Assembly: GCA_020852835.1 (NCBI GenBank)
Contig: JADZAC010000002.1
Coordinates: forward strand, 246 to 64,245
Source of the DNA: Flavobacteriales bacterium
GTDB lineage: Bacteria > Bacteroidota > Bacteroidia > Flavobacteriales_F > PHOS-HE28
Direction of reading: 5' to 3'
DNA: 64,000 bases
Of the stretch, positions 59,874-64,000 are shown piece after piece. Every line of letters starts with the position of its first letter. Position 1 is the stretch's first letter. The notes below the pieces were generated by a model. It did no database searches. It had not been told where the DNA came from and saw only the letters and a list, made by a program, of their open reading frames with translations. The translations under genes and the position numbers were made by a program.

Positions 59874-61460
59874 ATGAAATTCGACCTTCCCTCCGAGCTT
59901 TCCTCCATCATCAAAGTGATCGGTGTGGGCGGCGGTGGCGGCAATGCCGTGAACCACATGCACGCCCAAGGCATCCGCGGCGTGGATTTCCTGATCTGCA
60001 ACACCGACAAGCAGGCGCTGGACATGAGCCCCGTGCCGGTAAAGCTCCAGTTGGGCGCCGCCCTTACCGAAGGATTGGGGGCCGGCAGCAAGCCTGAGCG
60101 CGGCGCCGCTGCCGCCCTGGAAAGCATTGAGGAGATCCGCGAACTGCTCACGCCCCGCACCAAGATGCTCTTCGTGACCGCCGGCATGGGCGGCGGCACG
60201 GGCACCGGAGCCGCTCCCGTGGTGGCCCGGGCCGCACGTGACATGGGCATCCTCACCGTGGGCATTGTCACCATGCCCTTCCAGTTCGAAGGGCGCAAGC
60301 GCATGCAGCAGGCCACCCAGGGCATCGAGGAAATGCGCCAGGCCGTGGATACGCTCATCGTGATCAACAACGACCGCCTGCGCGACCTCTACGGCAACCT
60401 GGGCATGGATGATGCCTTCGGCCATGCCGACAATGTGCTCTCCACCGCTGCCCGCGGCATCGCCGAAGTGATCATGAAGGAAGGCAAGGTGAACGTGGAC
60501 TTCGAGGACGTGCGCACGGTGATGTCCGGCAGCGGCGTGGCCCTCATGGGCATGGCCGAGGCCGAAGGTGAAGACCGCGCGCTGCATGCCGTGCGCGAGG
60601 CGCTCTCTTCCCCCTTGCTCAACGACAACGATATCAAGGGAGCCAAGTACGTGCTGCTCAACATCGCACTGGGCACCCGCTCGATCTCCATGGATGAAAT
60701 GAGCAGCATCACCGACCATATCCAGGATGCTTCCGGAAGCTCCGCCGATGTGATCTGGGGTTATTGCACCGATGAGGCCCTGGGCGAGAAGATCCGGGTA
60801 ACGGTGATCGCCACCGGCTTCAACCAGAACGAGCTCACGGCCACCTTGGAACAGCGGTTGCCCGAGAAGAAGGTGAACAGCTTGGAGAGCGACCTGCCCA
60901 CCATGATCACCGCGCCCATCACCGATCCGCTCCAAGGCGTGGCGCCGATGGCACAGGTGGTGGATGCTGCTGCGAATGAACCCTACCTGAAGCCGGTGGA
61001 AGCGGTGAACCAGCAGCCTGTGCTGCCGTTCCTGCCCGAACCGGCCCGGCCTGTCCAGCCCAAACAGGAACCGGCCACGCAACCCCTCAATGAGAAGGTG
61101 GTGCATGAGCTGACCGAACTGGAGGTGCCGGTGAGGCCCGGACCAGGAGCGGGCACGGTGGGCAGCGTGTTCGTGGAGCAAGGCCAGGTGCAGGTCTCAC
61201 CGGCCGAACAGCAGGTCCGCACCGAGCAGCGGCTGGCCCAGTTGCGGGAATCCTCCTTGCGCCTGCGCACCCCGAACGGGCTGGCCGAAATGGAACGGGA
61301 ACCGGCCTACAAGCGCAAGCAGGTGCAGCTTTCCGAAGGACCGCACAGCACCGACAGCAACGTGAGCCGCTTCACCCTTTCGGAAAGCACCAACGAGGCC
61401 GGTGAACGGCGCACGGAACTGCGCCGCAACAACCCGTTCCTGCACGATAACGTGGATTAA
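59874..61460 (+). CDS. ftsZ: cell-division GTPase FtsZ with long C-terminal linker
   Basis: Tubulin signature GVGGGGGNAV. 528 aa. The C-terminal ~180 aa are a P/Q/E-rich linker ending in NPFLHDNVD. Confidence 0.95.
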   Translation: MKFDLPSELSSIIKVIGVGGGGGNAVNHMHAQGIRGVDFLICNTDKQALDMSPVPVKLQLGAALTEGLGAGSKPERGAAAALESIEEIRELLTPRTKMLFVTAGMGGGTGTGAAPVVARAARDMGILTVGIVTMPFQFEGRKRMQQATQGIEEMRQAVDTLIVINNDRLRDLYGNLGMDDAFGHADNVLSTAARGIAEVIMKEGKVNVDFEDVRTVMSGSGVALMGMAEAEGEDRALHAVREALSSPLLNDNDIKGAKYVLLNIALGTRSISMDEMSSITDHIQDASGSSADVIWGYCTDEALGEKIRVTVIATGFNQNELTATLEQRLPEKKVNSLESDLPTMITAPITDPLQGVAPMAQVVDAAANEPYLKPVEAVNQQPVLPFLPEPARPVQPKQEPATQPLNEKVVHELTELEVPVRPGPGAGTVGSVFVEQGQVQVSPAEQQVRTEQRLAQLRESSLRLRTPNGLAEMEREPAYKRKQVQLSEGPHSTDSNVSRFTLSESTNEAGERRTELRRNNPFLHDNVD

Positions 61461-61464
61461 GGCC

Positions 61465-61920
61465 ATGGACCTGCAGCAGCGCATCGATGCCGACATCAAG
61501 GCCGCCATGCTGGCCCGCGACAAGGACCGCCTGAACGTGCTCCGCGCCATCAAGAGCGCCCTGTTGCTGGAGCTGACCAAGGAGGGTGGATCGCATGTGC
61601 TGGCCGAGGAGGCCGGCCTGCGGATCCTCCAAAAACTGCATAAGCAGCGCGCGGAGGCGGCTGCGATCTACCACCAGCAAGGCCGCACGGACCTGGCCGC
61701 CGAAGATGAGGCCCAGGCCAAGGTGATCGAGGCCTACCTGCCGGCGCGCCTCAACGCGGAGCAGGTGCAGGCAGCGGTACAGGCAGTGCTATCGGAGATC
61801 GGCGCCACGTCCATGGCCGACATGGGCCGCGCCATGAAAGCGGTGAACGCCCGATTGGCCGGCAAGGCCGATGGTGCCGTCATTGCCGCGGCGGTAAAGG
61901 CAGTGCTCAGCCCGGGCTGA
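61465..61920 (+). CDS. GatB/YqeY-domain protein
   Basis: Start MDLQQRIDADIKAAM at 61465, 4 nt after the ftsZ stop. The ORF track reports an upstream GTG at 61402. Confidence 0.8.
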   Translation: MDLQQRIDADIKAAMLARDKDRLNVLRAIKSALLLELTKEGGSHVLAEEAGLRILQKLHKQRAEAAAIYHQQGRTDLAAEDEAQAKVIEAYLPARLNAEQVQAAVQAVLSEIGATSMADMGRAMKAVNARLAGKADGAVIAAAVKAVLSPG

Positions 61921-61945
61921 GCGGAAGTACAGGGTAGGGAACGGT

Positions 61946-61984
61946 GGCGGCGTGCGTTGAAGAACGTGCGTCGCCGCTGTTTTG
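61946..61984 (+). terminator. GC-rich hairpin (ggcggcg…cgccgc) followed by TGTTTTGG; candidate intrinsic terminator of the dcw/yqeY transcript
   Basis: Read directly from the sequence. Lies between yqeY (+) and the convergent response regulator gene. Confidence 0.5.
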
Positions 61985-62000
61985 GGCCTTGGGCCCCGTG

Positions 62001-62714
62001 TTAGACCACCTGCAGCTTGAAGCCGATGCCATGCACGTTCACGATGCGTACGCGGTCATCGTGGCGCAGGTATTTGCGCAGCCGGCTGATGAACACGTCC
62101 AGGCTGCGCCCCAGGAAATAGCTGTCGTCGCCCCATACCATGTTCAACAAAAGCTCGCGCGGCAGCACCTGGTCCGGCTGCATGGCCAGCAGCCGCAACA
62201 CGGCGGCTTCCTTCTTGGTAAGCCGCCGTTCTTCCGCGGGGTGGGAGAGGGTCTTGTTCCGATCGTCGAAGGTGAACTCCCCGATGGTGAACACCTCGCG
62301 ATCCTGGCCATCGTGCCCCTTGTTGCGCGTGCGCCGCAGGATCGCCTCGATCCGCAGCACCAGTTCATCGATGCTGAACGGCTTGGTGATGTAGTCGTCG
62401 CCCCCGGCCTTGAAGCCGGCGATGCGGTCTTCCGGCTGCCCCTTGGCCGTAAGAAAGATGATGGGCACCTTCTGGTCGGTGATGCGCATGTCCTGCGCCA
62501 GGCTGATGCCGTCCTTCTGGGGCAGCATCACGTCCAACAGGCACAGGTCGTACCGGTTGGCGTTGAAGTGCATCAGGCCTTCTTTGCCGTCGCGGAACAG
62601 GTGCACGTCGTAGCCGTGGCGCGTGAGGCCGTCCTGCACCACGAAACCCAGGTTCTCGTCATCCTCCACATAGAGCAAGGTGCCCTTGGCCCCGCCAGTG
62701 TTTTCCTTTTTCAT
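62001..62714 (-). CDS. OmpR-family two-component response regulator
   Basis: Start MKKENTGG at 62714. Receiver domain with LLDVMLP. C-terminal winged-helix trans_reg_C domain. Confidence 0.88.
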   Translation of the reverse strand: MKKENTGGAKGTLLYVEDDENLGFVVQDGLTRHGYDVHLFRDGKEGLMHFNANRYDLCLLDVMLPQKDGISLAQDMRITDQKVPIIFLTAKGQPEDRIAGFKAGGDDYITKPFSIDELVLRIEAILRRTRNKGHDGQDREVFTIGEFTFDDRNKTLSHPAEERRLTKKEAAVLRLLAMQPDQVLPRELLLNMVWGDDSYFLGRSLDVFISRLRKYLRHDDRVRIVNVHGIGFKLQVV

Positions 62715-64000
62715 GTTGTTGGGTTGTTCGCTGCGGTTTTGTCCAAGGGGAGATCCACGGTGAAGGTGCTTCCCTTGCCCAAGGTGCTGGCCACATGCAC
62801 CCTGCCACCGTGCGCACGCACCGTTTCGGCCACGTAGTGCAAGCCCAGGCCGAAGCCTTTCACGTTGTGCACGTTGCCGGTGTGCACCCGGAAGAAGCGC
62901 TCGAATATGTTCCGCAGGTCTTCCTTGCGGATCCCGATGCCCTGATCGGCCACTGCGATCACCAGGTCGTTGGCCGTGTTGCTGGTGGTGATGTGCACGC
63001 ACGGCTCCCCTTTGGCGTATTTCACGGCGTTGTCCACCAGGTTGAAGAGCACATTGCCCAGGTGCACGCGGTCGCCGGTCACCAGGGGGTTCGCCGCGCG
63101 CAGGTCCAAGCTGCAGGTTCCGCCGTGCTGCTGCAGCAACAGTTCAAAGGAGGCCACCGTCTCCCGGAGCAGGTCGTGCATGTTCACCGGTTCGCGCTCC
63201 AGTTTTTGCATGCCCTCATCCATGGTGGCCAGTTGCAGCACCCGTTCCACCTGCTGCCGCAGGCGTTCGTTCTCCGTGTGGATGATCCGTGCGTAGTTCT
63301 GCAACCGCTTCGGCTCCTGCGCGATGCCCGGCTCGCTGAGCACCGCGCTGCTCAACGCAATGGTGCTGATCGGGGTCTTCAGCTCATGGGTCATGTTGCC
63401 GATGAAGTCGTTCTTCATTTCCCCCAGCCGCTTTTGCCGCAGGATCACCCACATGCTGTACGCGAAAAAGGCGAAGACAATGAACGCCACCGCCGCAGGG
63501 TACAACCAATTGAGGGTTTCCGCCTTGGGCTGCGGCGGGGTGGAGGAGGCGCGCCGAGGGAAGTATACCCCGAAGTAGTGCCCGTCCTTGTCCAGTTTGA
63601 GCAATCGGCTGTGGCGGGCGGAATCTGCCGGCAGGCTGTCGCCCAGGCTCACGTAGTTGCCGTAAACGATGCTGTCCGTGAAGCAGTCATAGATGCCGTA
63701 CTCGAAGTCTTCGTTGATGTTGCGCCGTTTGAACTCCTGTTCCAACAGCGATTCCAGCAGGTACGGGTGGATCGTATCATTGATGCTGACCACGAAGTAG
63801 TTGGGCCGCTCCTGCTTCACCGCATCGAACAGGTCGCTCGGGTCCTTGGTGATCGAAAGGATCCGTTCGGTGACATCGGTGAGCGCTATGGTAACGCGGT
63901 CGTTGAACTGCTTGTCCAATTGTGCCTGGTGCTGCTGTTGCAAAAGCACCTGCTCCCGCTCGTAGCGCTGCGCCCGGCCCAACCACATCAACTGGGTGGC
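62711..64000 (-). CDS. sensor histidine kinase (5' end may lie beyond window)
   Basis: H-box MTHELKTP, N-box DNAVKYA, G1 DQGIGI, G2 GFGLGL. Two hydrophobic segments flank a periplasmic domain. The ORF is still open at nt 64000 on the minus strand. ATGA overlap with the regulator. Confidence 0.85.
   Translation of the reverse strand, partial: ATQLMWLGRAQRYEREQVLLQQQHQAQLDKQFNDRVTIALTDVTERILSITKDPSDLFDAVKQERPNYFVVSINDTIHPYLLESLLEQEFKRRNINEDFEYGIYDCFTDSIVYGNYVSLGDSLPADSARHSRLLKLDKDGHYFGVYFPRRASSTPPQPKAETLNWLYPAAVAFIVFAFFAYSMWVILRQKRLGEMKNDFIGNMTHELKTPISTIALSSAVLSEPGIAQEPKRLQNYARIIHTENERLRQQVERVLQLATMDEGMQKLEREPVNMHDLLRETVASFELLLQQHGGTCSLDLRAANPLVTGDRVHLGNVLFNLVDNAVKYAKGEPCVHITTSNTANDLVIAVADQGIGIRKEDLRNIFERFFRVHTGNVHNVKGFGLGLHYVAETVRAHGGRVHVASTLGKGSTFTVDLPLDKTAANNPTT

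Overview
This window is a high-GC (about 65-68%) chromosomal segment of a Bacteroidota-type genome. The assignment rests on a gldB-gldC pair next to nadE, a T9SS C-terminal sorting domain cargo protein, largely Shine-Dalgarno-less starts, and TAnnTTTG -7-type promoter motifs. Gene packing is dense, with many 1-4 nt start/stop overlaps (ATGA/GTGA) that suggest translational coupling.

From left to right the window holds:
- a methionine/threonine block: a 5'-truncated Cys/Met PLP enzyme, hom and lysC;
- housekeeping genes: mgtE, rsmA, serS, queD-folE, fabD, korAB, nadE, engB and dtd;
- a glycan/LPS region: cpsB-like phosphatase, rfbB, a Wbp-like UDP-2,3-diacetamido-uronic acid gene set, ugd plus a UDP-xylose synthase, a DegT aminotransferase and kdtA. 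A low-GC DUF433/DUF5615 toxin-antitoxin islet interrupts this region.
- gldB-gldC.
- a five-gene minus-strand cluster at 39511..45210: a GT-C membrane glycosyltransferase, a small membrane-anchored protein, a HAD phosphatase, a fused DprE1-DprE2-like oxidase/reductase and a UbiA phosphoribosyltransferase. I interpret this as a polyprenyl-phospho-D-arabinofuranose-type donor synthesis and transfer system.
- divergently from that cluster, a complete dcw cluster: mraZ-rsmH-ftsL-ftsI-murE-mraY-murD-ftsW-murG-murC-ftsQ-ftsA-ftsZ. It carries an extra orphan ORF between murD and ftsW that is a paralog of the MurD C-terminal domain only.
- finally a GatB/YqeY gene and a convergent OmpR-type two-component pair, with the kinase truncated by the window end.

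No rRNA, tRNA or CRISPR was found. Many long ORFs in the six-frame track are high-GC artefacts, either antisense frames or in-frame N-terminal run-ons.
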